DNA of 64,000 bases. Origin: Gammaproteobacteria bacterium (GTDB lineage: Bacteria; Pseudomonadota; Gammaproteobacteria; UBA4575). The position numbers and the translations under genes were made by a program. Location of the stretch: assembly GCA_965243395.1 (NCBI GenBank), contig CBDEUS010000002.1, positions 864,001 through 928,000 of the forward strand. The letters are read 5' to 3'. Below, one piece after another: positions 20,051 to 29,683 of the stretch. The first letter of the stretch is position 1. Each line of letters opens with the position of its first letter. The notes under the pieces are model-generated. The model was not told the origin of the DNA and made no database searches. It saw only the letters and a program-made list of their open reading frames with translations.

Positions 20051-21406
20051 TTAGTTTCTCTTAAAGCTTAAGTTTCCAAAAACTGTCGGATGTATGTCCA
20101 GGCGTTTTCTAACAATAAAGACGAGATAAACATTCCATGTCAGCAAACTACAAGTTGTTGCCCATGCGGCGCCCTCTAGTCCCCATTTCGGAATAAACAG
20201 GGCGCATAAAATAACGTTAAGCACCATACCAATTGTTTTGCCTTTGATTGTATCCATTTCATATCCAGAGGTGTTTAATAATAGTCCTACAGGTCCTGTG
20301 GCCGTATTTAAAAGTAAACCTACGCTCAGTATTGTGAGAGCCGTAGCGCCTCGTATAAATTCATCGCCATATAGTAGCTGTAAACACTTTTCACCAAAGA
20401 AAATTAAAACTAGAGCTGCTGGCAATCCACATAACACAACTAATCGACAGGAGAGGGTTATCATTTTTTGCAGGCGTTCCATCTGCCCTTCCGTATATAG
20501 TTTCGCTATAAATGGTAGCAGTGATGTGTTAATAGCTTGCAGAATAAATGTTACAAGTAATGCCAATACTGCAGCACTCTTGTAGATTCCCACATCCTCG
20601 ATTATTCCAAATGTGCCTAACATAAGAATACTTATTTCCGAATTAATTGTTCCCATGCCGCCAATTAGCATGAAGGCAAATGCGCCACGCAACCAGCCAG
20701 ATGTTTCAAAGGATGGACGAAATTCTTTAACTTGCTTAGGTAAAAAACGGGCTAGTAGTATGTAACCAAGTACAAGTTCAACAATGACAGTTATTACTCG
20801 TAATGACATAGCAACGAGAGGGGTGAATTCCGATTTATCGATTAACAAAAAGCTGGCACCGATTAGCAAGATAAAAAGTGCTGGTTGGATAAATTGTTCC
20901 GGGACCTGAGCGGTAACAGGTCGATGAAGTCCTATCAAAGCGCCTCTTCGAATGCCGCTTAGCGCAACGCAAGGTAAAATAATCAACGCAACCAAAAAAG
21001 TAGTTGTTGATAAGTCTCCTGCTTTAACAAAATACAGACTTGCAACGACAGCAATAATAATAATAAGTAACGAGAGCCCCATAACGAGTTGGTTTCCTCG
21101 TAACAACAGTCCTCGCATTGCGCCCCAATTACTAAGGCTTTGATAAATAGCAACGTTGCGTGCAACTAGATTTGGAATCCCTTTGCAAAGTGGAATTGAA
21201 GCTAAGGATATTAAAGATAAGACAAAGGTAAAAAGGCCAAATCCTTGTGCACCTAAAATTTTTGCTAAAGCTACCGTTACGGCAAGTTTTGCTAAAGCTG
21301 AAAATACTTTAAGTATTACTGACCCGCCAACAGCTTTTAAAAAACGTTGTTTGATGTTTGCGAACACTTCGCTTTTTTGTGAAGCATCAGGGCTAAGAGT
21401 TGGCAT
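20051..21406 (-). CDS. wzx: Oligosaccharide flippase (Wzx)
   Basis: Roughly 12 hydrophobic segments, LAKILGAQGFG, VGIYKSA, IPKWGLEGAAWA. Confidence 0.85.
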   Translation of the reverse strand: MPTLSPDASQKSEVFANIKQRFLKAVGGSVILKVFSALAKLAVTVALAKILGAQGFGLFTFVLSLISLASIPLCKGIPNLVARNVAIYQSLSNWGAMRGLLLRGNQLVMGLSLLIIIIAVVASLYFVKAGDLSTTTFLVALIILPCVALSGIRRGALIGLHRPVTAQVPEQFIQPALFILLIGASFLLIDKSEFTPLVAMSLRVITVIVELVLGYILLARFLPKQVKEFRPSFETSGWLRGAFAFMLIGGMGTINSEISILMLGTFGIIEDVGIYKSAAVLALLVTFILQAINTSLLPFIAKLYTEGQMERLQKMITLSCRLVVLCGLPAALVLIFFGEKCLQLLYGDEFIRGATALTILSVGLLLNTATGPVGLLLNTSGYEMDTIKGKTIGMVLNVILCALFIPKWGLEGAAWATTCSLLTWNVYLVFIVRKRLDIHPTVFGNLSFKRN

Positions 21407-21412
21407 GATGTA

Positions 21413-22714
21413 CTATGCCTTAGCGGTTTGTTCAGGTTGTAAGCTTGTAAGCTGTGCTCGATAAACGTATGAAAGATATGAAATCTCTATGATTGATACC
21501 CAAATAATAATCCCCCATGGGCCTGAGAAACCACGATAAAAAATGGAAGAGAATAAACTACAAGCAAATATACAAATAAGTAATGCAACATGTAGGTTTA
21601 CAATATCAGGGATAAGTCGGTGCAACGTAAATAATCTGTACATGTGGGAAATGAGTAACATTACCCATGCTGTAAAGCCGAGATAGCCAGTTTTTAAAAT
21701 GATATCAATAAAACTATTATGTGCTTGTGTAGGCTGCCAGCTGTTGTCATTTATATAGCTTGTGATTCCTTGAACTGATTCATGATTGGTTAGCCAAGCA
21801 ACTCCAAATCCTTTGCCTAGTAAAGGGTTTTTGGCAATTTCACCCCATGTGTAGTGCCATAAATCTGCTCTGCCTGTTAAGCCTGAATCTCGATTAACTA
21901 AACTCGTGAGTGCTTCTAAAATTTCATATGTTGTCGGGATACCGTAAACAATTGCCACAACATAACCCAACAAAATGAGCGTTGCACCGAAAGTAAAAAC
22001 CCATACGACCCTCCAAATTCCTTTAGAAGTTGTAGCAATAATAAAGAACAGTAATACAAGCGCCATGACGGCAATCGAAGTTGCGTTATCAGTAAAATAA
22101 AGAGTGATGAATGATATAGCTGCAACAGCCAATCTAAATGTCATGGGGTACGTGCCATCTTGTTTGACTACAAATGCCCAGCACACAACACATAATAAAG
22201 TTAGGCGGCCTAGTTGATTTTTGCTATTCATTACGCCTATCCATCTTTCGCCTTGTCCGAAATAAGAAATAACTCCTATTTCGGGTACAACCAAGCAAAC
22301 AAAAAAAGATAGAAGAAGCAAGACCGTTGCCCCAATCCGCAAATTAGTGCTTAACCAGCTTGATGAGTAACCACGTGCAAGCATTGCGACAGCAACTAGT
22401 GGCAACATTACTTCCGCAAAGGCGCGTTTTGAAGCAATGACAGGCTCGGAAGCCCATGAGACTGATGCAATTGTTATAACAATTAAAATCCAAGCCCAAG
22501 GGTCCACAGTTCGGAGTGTGGATAAGAAAGAATTTCGATAACGTAGAAAAATAATCCCTACGAAGATTACCAACAAGCCTGCGAGTATAGGTTTGTTATT
22601 GAGCGATGCTAGTAAAGGAACAACTGGAATAGCTAATACAAATACTAAAAGCCATCTAAGAAGTCTAATTGGCTCAAGAAAGCTAACGGATTTAGGCTGT
22701 TCGATATGGTTCAT
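21413..22714 (-). CDS. wzy: Wzy polymerase / O-antigen-ligase-family protein (ExoQ-like)
   Basis: Multi-TM; WIGVMNSKNQLG, LTGRADLW, PLLGKGFG, AHNSFID. Confidence 0.8.
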   Translation of the reverse strand: MNHIEQPKSVSFLEPIRLLRWLLVFVLAIPVVPLLASLNNKPILAGLLVIFVGIIFLRYRNSFLSTLRTVDPWAWILIVITIASVSWASEPVIASKRAFAEVMLPLVAVAMLARGYSSSWLSTNLRIGATVLLLLSFFVCLVVPEIGVISYFGQGERWIGVMNSKNQLGRLTLLCVVCWAFVVKQDGTYPMTFRLAVAAISFITLYFTDNATSIAVMALVLLFFIIATTSKGIWRVVWVFTFGATLILLGYVVAIVYGIPTTYEILEALTSLVNRDSGLTGRADLWHYTWGEIAKNPLLGKGFGVAWLTNHESVQGITSYINDNSWQPTQAHNSFIDIILKTGYLGFTAWVMLLISHMYRLFTLHRLIPDIVNLHVALLICIFACSLFSSIFYRGFSGPWGIIIWVSIIEISYLSYVYRAQLTSLQPEQTAKA

Positions 22715-23615
22715 ATCGATACTCTGTCAAAGCCATTAAGAAACCCAATCCATTTGCACCTTTTTTTAAAAATTGGATAGAGCGGTGAATGCCAAAGGGC
22801 AGCATCACGGGCGCAATTACAATTGCTAAACCAAAACCAATAAAGGCTCGAATTGTTAATTCAAAATAAGCCCGCTTTCTATTTAAATCTATCATTCGGT
22901 CTGCGTAGATTTGCCCGTTTCTAACATAACGTTTCAATAGCCATTTAAGGTTGGCTCTTTCTTTAGGGATTTCTTCGTGAACAATTGCTTTTTCTGACCA
23001 CACAAATTTCGATCCGTGGTCTAGCATATCAGCAAATAAATGGTAGTCTGAGCCTCCTGTTAAACCAAGTCTTGGGTCAAACAAGGTCTTGCGTTTTTTT
23101 AAATCAACCGCCCGCATTAATGTATTACTGGTACGTGTGCCACCTGCTGAAACATTATCTCCTGTGCGTTGTGCAGATTTCTTTTCAAAAAAGCGTCCTT
23201 TTTTTATCCATAACGGAGTTCCATTTGGCAAAATCGGAAATACTGGTCCAAAGACGCCATCCGCATCAAACTTTTCTGCAGTTGCTACGAGTTCACTTAG
23301 CCATTCTGCTTCTGGAATTTCATCGTCATCAATAAAAGCTATCCATTCACCCTTGGCATTAGCTACTGAGCGATTTCGTGCTAATGCAATATTTTGCTCT
23401 GGTTCAATATGATAATGAATTTGCAAATTTTTTGACTGAATTGAAAATTTATCTACGGCTTCTCTAGCTGATCCGGCTGAGTCATTATCAACAATTATTA
23501 CTTCAATCTCACCAGGAAGATTTTTTTGGCATGCTATTCCGCTCAATACATCAATTAATCCTTGGGGTCGTTTATACGTGCACAAACACACGCTAATTTT
23601 TATTTCTGATGTCAT
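22692..23615 (-). CDS. Glycosyltransferase family 2 (ExoM-like)
   Basis: CLCTYKRP, IVDNDSAG, NIALARN, FIDDDE, TGGSD. Confidence 0.9.
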   Translation of the reverse strand: MTSEIKISVCLCTYKRPQGLIDVLSGIACQKNLPGEIEVIIVDNDSAGSAREAVDKFSIQSKNLQIHYHIEPEQNIALARNRSVANAKGEWIAFIDDDEIPEAEWLSELVATAEKFDADGVFGPVFPILPNGTPLWIKKGRFFEKKSAQRTGDNVSAGGTRTSNTLMRAVDLKKRKTLFDPRLGLTGGSDYHLFADMLDHGSKFVWSEKAIVHEEIPKERANLKWLLKRYVRNGQIYADRMIDLNRKRAYFELTIRAFIGFGLAIVIAPVMLPFGIHRSIQFLKKGANGLGFLMALTEYRYEPYRTA

Positions 23616-24380
23616 GGATTTTACAATAGGAATAGTTTTGCTTTCTGTTTATGCAATTTCATCTAATTGTGCCAAAAACAAACGATTTTGGTTGAATTCT
23701 TTATTATAAGTGGCGATTTCCTAACGCAGTTATTAAAAGCTCAATAGCTTCTAAATAACTACCATTTAATTTTAGAAAGTCATGGTTTTAGTATCTGAAC
23801 AAAATTTTTGTTCGATAAATTGTTCAATTTGTCTTTATATATAAGGCTCTTTATAGCATGGCAGTGTTTGGTAATTGGTGAACTAGATCTAGTAGCTGGA
23901 GTAATGTTGTGTATATCTATTACTTGATTGATTTGAAGGCAATAATTATTTAGATGCTCTGTTCGTAGATGTGATTAATTATTCTGATCAAGAAATTAAG
24001 CGTCTTATATTCCAAATATTCAATTACTTAGCACGGGATCATGACGTGGAAACCTACTAATCGCTTATTGAACTCATAAACTGTCTTCGGTGAGACAAAA
24101 CACCGACTTATCACAAATAGACATTTTCAAAGAGTATCGGATTCTCTTAACTTGTAATACCATCGTAATGCGTGTGTAATACATAAGCAGGATAGCTCAA
24201 TATTTGACTATCCCGAGGATATGGCTGAAGGGAACATCAAGTTACCGGCTCGGAGAGGCGGATATGCATGTTTGTACATCATTCATTTCCAGTGCTTTTT
24301 AGTAAAGAAGTTTGTTGTTGAATTGACTCTGGTGATTCAAGAAGAGATATCACAATTAGTAGAGTTCTAAATAGTAAAAA

Positions 24381-24396
24381 TGTGATTTCAATCATG
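24381..24396. promoter_or_regulatory. CRP-like box (8/10)
   Basis: AAA-TGTGA-TTTCAA-TCATG, about 75 bp upstream of the priming transferase ATG. Confidence 0.35.
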
Positions 24397-24469
24397 TATT
24401 CGTGGTTTTTCTCGAATTAATATACCGAGACAAAAAGTATAAATTTAAAGATAAACGGCTCAATAAAAA

Positions 24470-25900
24470 ATGGATTCGTCTACGAGAGAAAATCTGCTCA
24501 AAAGCTTTGATTTGATTGTAATTGGTGTTGTGTTTGTAATTTCAGCACTAGCCTCTCAACCTGAGGCCATTATTAACTCGTTAGATGAGTTTTTTGCCAT
24601 GCGCCTGAAGATAGAGAATTTTGCTATTTTTGGTGGTCTTCTTATTTCTTGGCACATAATTTTTTCTTTATTTGGTCTCTACACATCCAAGCGAATTGGC
24701 ACTAAGTTAAGTGAAGAATGCTTTGATGTGCTAAAAGCTATTTCAGTTGGCACCCTAATTATCATGGGTATCGCTTTTATGTTTCAGATCCAAATTGTAA
24801 ATCCAGCATTTTTAACATTATTCTGGATTGCTGCTTCGGCATCGATGATTATTAGCCGAATTGCTTTGATGTATATACAGAAATTGATTCGACTTTCTGG
24901 CCGCAATCTAAAGTATGCAGTCATGGTAGGTACCAACCAAAGAGCAATTGAAATTGCACGCAAAATAGAATCGCGTGAAGATCTAGGATACCGATTTGTT
25001 GGTTTTGTCGATGACCACTGGCACTTGGCTGATATGCCTGGTGGAAATGATTCCATTGTTTCTAATTTAGGTGATTTCAATAATTATTTAAAAGACCATG
25101 TGGTTGATGAAGTATTTATTTGTGCTCCTGTTAAATCTTTTTATGAAAAAGTTTCTCGCATCATTTCTCAGTGTGAAGAGCAAGGGATTACAGTGCGATT
25201 AATGTACGATCTATACACACCGTCACTCAGCAAAGTATATGTTGATGGTTTGGCAGAGCATCAGGTAATGACGATGACGGTTACCAAGAAAAGAACTTAT
25301 AGTTTATTTATTAAATGGTTAATCGATGTAAGTGCTGCTAGTACAATTCTTATTGTATTTGCACCGTTTTTGCTTACAGCTGCAGTGTTTATAAAGGCTA
25401 CCTCGCCTGGTCCAATTTTATTTGTTCAAGAAAGAGTTGGGCGTAATAAGCGTAAATTCAAAATGTATAAATTTAGAACTATGGTTGTGGATGCAGAATC
25501 TAAACATGGAGATTTGGAGCATTTAAACGAAGCCAGCGGCCCTGTATTTAAGATTCAAGATGATCCACGGATAACATCTGTCGGTAGGTTTCTACGCAAT
25601 ACCAGTTTCGATGAATTGCCACAGCTTTTTAATGTGCTAAAAGGTGATATGAGCTTGGTGGGTCCGCGTCCATTGCCTGTTAGAGATTATGAGGGATTTA
25701 ATCATCATTATCATTGTCGCCGTTTAAGTGTTCAGCCAGGACTTACAGGTTTATGGCAAGTAAACGGCAGAAGCTCGATTAGTTTTGATAAGTGGATGGA
25801 GCTGGATCTTGAATACATTGATAAATGGTCGTTGTGGCTAGATATCAAAATCTTGTTTAAGACCATTCCAGCCGTGTTGAAGGGTGACGGAGCTTCGTAG
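24470..25900 (+). CDS. Priming polyprenyl-phosphate hexose-1-phosphate transferase (WcaJ/WbaP family)
   Basis: N-terminal TMs; [49 protein letters not shown]. Confidence 0.95.
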   Translation: MDSSTRENLLKSFDLIVIGVVFVISALASQPEAIINSLDEFFAMRLKIENFAIFGGLLISWHIIFSLFGLYTSKRIGTKLSEECFDVLKAISVGTLIIMGIAFMFQIQIVNPAFLTLFWIAASASMIISRIALMYIQKLIRLSGRNLKYAVMVGTNQRAIEIARKIESREDLGYRFVGFVDDHWHLADMPGGNDSIVSNLGDFNNYLKDHVVDEVFICAPVKSFYEKVSRIISQCEEQGITVRLMYDLYTPSLSKVYVDGLAEHQVMTMTVTKKRTYSLFIKWLIDVSAASTILIVFAPFLLTAAVFIKATSPGPILFVQERVGRNKRKFKMYKFRTMVVDAESKHGDLEHLNEASGPVFKIQDDPRITSVGRFLRNTSFDELPQLFNVLKGDMSLVGPRPLPVRDYEGFNHHYHCRRLSVQPGLTGLWQVNGRSSISFDKWMELDLEYIDKWSLWLDIKILFKTIPAVLKGDGAS

Positions 25901-25973
25901 AAAAATTTTTAATTTTGAGTTTTTATTACTAATTTGAAGATAAGGATATCAATTTATAACAGGAGTAACTAAC

Positions 25974-26963
25974 GTGAGAGATTTAGTCAAAAAACGTATT
26001 TTAGTAACAGGCGGAGCAGGCTTTGTTGGCTCACATTTGTGTGAGCAGTTATTAGATGAAGGTCATGACGTTCTGTGTTTGGACAATTTCTTTACAGGTA
26101 CTAAACAAAATGTATCTCATTTGCTCGACAATCCTAATTTTGAGCTGATGCGTCATGACATTACATTTCCATTGTATGTAGAAGTCGACGAAATCTACAA
26201 TATGGCATGTCCCGCTTCACCTATTCATTATCAGTATGATCCTGTGCAGACTACCAAGACGAGTGTACATGGTGCGATAAATATGTTGGGTTTAGCGAAA
26301 AGGGTTCGCGCAACAATATTTCAAGCATCAACGAGTGAAGTCTATGGTGATCCTGAAGTGCATCCACAGCAAGAAAGTTATTGGGGTCATGTGAACCCAA
26401 TAGGTGTTCGATCTTGCTATGACGAAGGTAAACGCTGTGCAGAAACTTTATTCTTTGACTATCATAGACAACATAAGCTTCGTATTAAGGTAGGACGTAT
26501 CTTTAATACATATGGGCCAAGAATGCATCCAAATGATGGCCGAGTAGTGTCTAACTTTATTGTTCAGGCATTAATGAATAAAGATATAACGATTTATGGC
26601 GATGGGTCTCAAACGCGGTCATTCTGCTTTGTAAGTGATTTAGTCGACGCAATTATAAGGTTAATGGGTACAGATGAAGCTTTTACCGGTCCAGTTAATC
26701 TTGGTAATCCGTCAGAGATGACAATTGCAGAGTTAGCTGAAACGGTTGTTGATCTTACTGGATCAAGTTCTTCAATTGTATATAAAGACTTACCACATGA
26801 TGATCCAACACGTCGTCGCCCCGATATAACTGTGGCTAAAAAAGAGCTTGGCTGGGAGCCAAAAGTGACTTTGTCTGATGGTCTAAAAAAGACAATACCT
26901 TATTTCGAGAGGTTACTCAGCGTACAGCAGCCCCCTCAAATTATTGAGAGTATGAAAGGCTAA
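25974..26963 (+). CDS. uxs: UDP-glucuronic acid decarboxylase (UDP-xylose synthase)
   Basis: [48 protein letters not shown]. Confidence 0.92.
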   Translation: MRDLVKKRILVTGGAGFVGSHLCEQLLDEGHDVLCLDNFFTGTKQNVSHLLDNPNFELMRHDITFPLYVEVDEIYNMACPASPIHYQYDPVQTTKTSVHGAINMLGLAKRVRATIFQASTSEVYGDPEVHPQQESYWGHVNPIGVRSCYDEGKRCAETLFFDYHRQHKLRIKVGRIFNTYGPRMHPNDGRVVSNFIVQALMNKDITIYGDGSQTRSFCFVSDLVDAIIRLMGTDEAFTGPVNLGNPSEMTIAELAETVVDLTGSSSSIVYKDLPHDDPTRRRPDITVAKKELGWEPKVTLSDGLKKTIPYFERLLSVQQPPQIIESMKG

Positions 26964-26988
26964 AATTTGCTGGCTGGTTTTTGTAGCC

Positions 26989-26997
26989 TGGTATAAT
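26989..26997 (+). promoter_or_regulatory. Extended -10 promoter element
   Basis: TG-G-TATAAT upstream of the 27133 gene. Confidence 0.45.
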
Positions 26998-27011
26998 CAG
27001 AAGCATAGAAT

Positions 27012-27046
27012 GACTTGAGGGTATAAATTACCCTCGAGTTGTTTTG
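27012..27046 (+). terminator. Hairpin plus U-rich tail (terminator of the EPS operon or leader attenuator)
   Basis: GACTTGAGGGTA-TAAAT-TACCCTCGAGTT followed by GTTTTG. Confidence 0.55.
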
Positions 27047-27132
27047 TGTTAAAAATTCATCTAATTATCGAGTAAATTTTGGTTTAACATTCCATTTTAA
27101 AAATGTCCAAAAGCTCGTAAGTAATTACTTTT

Positions 27133-27651
27133 ATGATTGGTAATCATATTCAGGTCAAGTACTTAGTAGCAGTTGTTTTGGTACTTGCTGTTTTTCGTTT
27201 CGTGCCCCATCCTCCGAACGTTACGCCCATAGCGGCAATGGCGTTATTTTCTGGCGCTGCATTTACTAATCGTTCATTAGCTTATTTCATCCCATTAGCT
27301 GCGATGATAATTAGTGACTTAGTAATAGGGTTTCATAGCACTGTTTGGTATGTGTATGCAGGAGTTGCTCTAACAGTATTTGTGGGCAGCATGATAAAAC
27401 AAATTAAAGTTGTTCGAGTAGGGCTTGCTGCAATTGTGGCTTCGATTATATTTTTTCTAATTACTAATTTTGGCGCCTGGTTGCATCATGACATGTATTC
27501 GCAAAACCTAAGTGGTTTGCTGCAAGCCTATGTTGCTGGTTTGCCTTTTTTGCGTAATTCACTTATCGCAAATCTTATATTTTCTTATCTAGTGTTTTAT
27601 TGTTTTAGTAGTTTTATATCAAGGCGAACGTCACTTAGTTCTACTCAGTAA
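27133..27651 (+). CDS. DUF6580-type membrane protein, ECF S-component-like (putative vitamin transporter)
   Basis: RFVPHPPNVTPIAAMALFSGA, ISD..IGFH, FFLITNFGAW, YVAGLPF; about 6 TMs in 172 aa. Confidence 0.7.
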   Translation: MIGNHIQVKYLVAVVLVLAVFRFVPHPPNVTPIAAMALFSGAAFTNRSLAYFIPLAAMIISDLVIGFHSTVWYVYAGVALTVFVGSMIKQIKVVRVGLAAIVASIIFFLITNFGAWLHHDMYSQNLSGLLQAYVAGLPFLRNSLIANLIFSYLVFYCFSSFISRRTSLSSTQ

Positions 27652-27708
27652 ATAAATTCTGTTTTTTGTAAACTTCTGCTGATTATTAAAGCAAGATAGT
27701 GTGCAAAA

Positions 27709-27724
27709 TGTGTGCTGATTCACA
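27709..27724. promoter_or_regulatory. CRP-like box (9/10) with -10-like TAAAAT at 27745-27750
   Basis: AAAA-TGTGT-GCTGAT-TCACA; spacing close to class II CRP promoter geometry. Confidence 0.5.
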
Positions 27725-27756
27725 ACTAATTATTGAATGAAGAATAAAATTCTATA

Positions 27757-27871
27757 TATAGACTTTGATTTGCAGAATCTGGTTGCACAAAGATTTTTCT
27801 AACAGGGATTAATTGTTTATCTCCTGGCAAGGACGCCTTGACCCGTGAGTGGTAACGCTCACGGGTTTTTT
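27757..27871 (+). ncRNA. Candidate structured small RNA (about 115 nt)
   Basis: Four consecutive hairpins ending in an intrinsic terminator, behind a CRP box and -10, between convergent genes; 5' end inferred. Confidence 0.45.
27841..27871 (+). terminator. Rho-independent terminator
   Basis: ACCCGTGAGTG-GTAA-CGCTCACGGGT followed by TTTTT; GNRA loop. Confidence 0.9.
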
Positions 27872-27875
27872 ATTG

Positions 27876-29375
27876 CTACGTAGTTGTAGGTTCAGGGTAA
27901 AGTTCATCTAACGGAATCGATCGTCCATCAGGGCGAACCATGCGTGCATGGAAGCGGCGCAGTTGACGAGGTTCATGAACCCCGCAAGAGTGTGCAATTA
28001 CCCCCACTTCATGCACCATATTTTGTGCATAGTGTTTTACTCGTTCTGCTTTCAGAACTGGATCTAAACCTGTCTGAAGTTTTTTATTATGTGTCGTGAT
28101 GCCTGTAGGACAGGTGTTTTTATTACATTGCAGAGCTTGAATGCAACCGAGAGAAAACATAAACCCACGAGCAGAGACTACAAAATCAGCGCCAACCGCA
28201 AATGCCCATGCCACTTCTGCAGGAGTGATCAATTTTCCAGAAGTGATGACTTTAATACGATCGCGTAGACCATGCATTTTTAAGCGATCAATCACTAACG
28301 GTAAACTTTCTTCAATAGGTAATCCCATATAATCCATCAAACTCATGGGTGCCGCACCTGTACCACCGTCTGCACTATCAATCGTTATAAAATCTGGCGC
28401 ATTTTCAACACCACGTTTATTAACCGCTTCAAGTAAATTATCAATCCATCCATAAGCACCAATGACAGCTTTAAACCCTACCGGTTTGCCAGTGACATTT
28501 CGTATATGTTCCAGCACATCAAGCAAATCGTCGGCGGAATCTATTTCAGGATGACGATTAGGGCTAATTGAATCTGAACCTGCCGGAATACCACGAATCT
28601 TGGAAATTTCTTGGGTTACTTTTTCTCCTGGGAGAATTCCACCTTTACCTGGTTTTGCTCCCTGGCTTAATTTAAGTTCAAACATTTTTACTTGTTCGTG
28701 AGCCGCAACTTCACGTAGTTTTTCGTCACTTAAATTTCCTTGTTCATCACGTACACCATATTTAGCCGTACCGATTTGAAAAACGATATCTGCACCCCCT
28801 TCCAGGTGATATGGAGACAGTCCGCCTTCACCAGTGTTCATCCAACAGCCTGCCATGCGCGCACCGTTAGAAAGGGCGAGAACCGCCGGTTTTGAAATAG
28901 CTCCATAGCTCATTCCAGAAATATTAAAGATTGAATCTGTTGTATAAGGATGAGCAGTGTATGGGCCAATGGTTACATCACTCGTGGGCGCAGCATCTCT
29001 ATCTAAGGTTGGGAAAGGGCAGTTTACAAATAACACTGTACCCGTAGGGCGTAAGTCTCTTGTTGAGCCAAAGGCTATTGTGTTGTCCAAATCCTTTGCG
29101 GCTCGATAAACCCACGATCGCTCTGCACGGTTAAATGGCAGTTCTTCACGATCCATGGCGAAAAAATATTGACGGAAGAACTCACCTAATTCTTCAAAGA
29201 AATAGCGAAACCGGCCGATAACAGGGAAGTTATGCCGAACTGCGTGAGCAGTTTGGGACTTATCTATGACATATAGAACAATTACGGATAATACGAGAAT
29301 GCCTAAAAGAAAAATAAAAAATAATGCTGCGATTTCAAGAAACTTAATTACAAAAACGGGTAGCTCAGCCATCAT
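27876..29375 (-). CDS. FMN-binding glutamate-synthase-family protein with N-terminal TM
   Basis: SGMSYGAIS, NTGEGG, FQIGTAKYGV, ELKLSQGAKPGKGGILP, GGTGAAP, CIQALQCNKNTCPTG [3Fe-4S] motif. Confidence 0.9.
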   Translation of the reverse strand: MMAELPVFVIKFLEIAALFFIFLLGILVLSVIVLYVIDKSQTAHAVRHNFPVIGRFRYFFEELGEFFRQYFFAMDREELPFNRAERSWVYRAAKDLDNTIAFGSTRDLRPTGTVLFVNCPFPTLDRDAAPTSDVTIGPYTAHPYTTDSIFNISGMSYGAISKPAVLALSNGARMAGCWMNTGEGGLSPYHLEGGADIVFQIGTAKYGVRDEQGNLSDEKLREVAAHEQVKMFELKLSQGAKPGKGGILPGEKVTQEISKIRGIPAGSDSISPNRHPEIDSADDLLDVLEHIRNVTGKPVGFKAVIGAYGWIDNLLEAVNKRGVENAPDFITIDSADGGTGAAPMSLMDYMGLPIEESLPLVIDRLKMHGLRDRIKVITSGKLITPAEVAWAFAVGADFVVSARGFMFSLGCIQALQCNKNTCPTGITTHNKKLQTGLDPVLKAERVKHYAQNMVHEVGVIAHSCGVHEPRQLRRFHARMVRPDGRSIPLDELYPEPTTT

Positions 29376-29683
29376 ATCGTCTTCCCCTTTTAAATTATTA
29401 TCGGGTGTGCGTCTTGTGCTAGATGAACGGATTACAGCGTATATTATTACAATCTATTATTCCTTATATCGATTAGACAATAAACAAACCATGACGTTTT
29501 ACTGGCTATTTGTACTCCACAATTTTAGAAGTTTCTTATATTCAAGAAAAATTGCGGAATGCATTACTAAGTCAGAGTACACTTTATAGAAAAATGTAAT
29601 GAAAATTTAAAATTTCGGTCTACTGAATTGAACTTATGGTGATTGATCTACATGAGTGACATAAAAATAAATAGGGAGCTTGT

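Noticed and set aside
23652-23676. Minus-strand TGGCAC..TTGCA upstream of the ExoM-like GT
   Set aside because: GG-to-GC spacing is not N10, so it is not a sigma-54 promoter
23862-23896. JUMPStart-like CAGTG..TGGTA..GTAGC
   Set aside because: The ops core GGCGGTAG is replaced by TCTAGTAG, so RfaH recruitment is not supported
24221-24370. 49-codon ORF (MAEGNIKLPARRGG...)
   Set aside because: GAGG is only 2 nt from the ATG and the peptide is featureless; an RNA-level explanation is preferred
29525-29538. TTAGAAGTTTCTTA, resembling a LetA/GacA-type box; similar motif near 58256
   Set aside because: AT-rich palindrome likely by chance; no Rsm-like RNA downstream
29643-29656. FNR-like TTGAT-N4-ATGAG
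   Set aside because: Two mismatches in the right half and too close to the start codon
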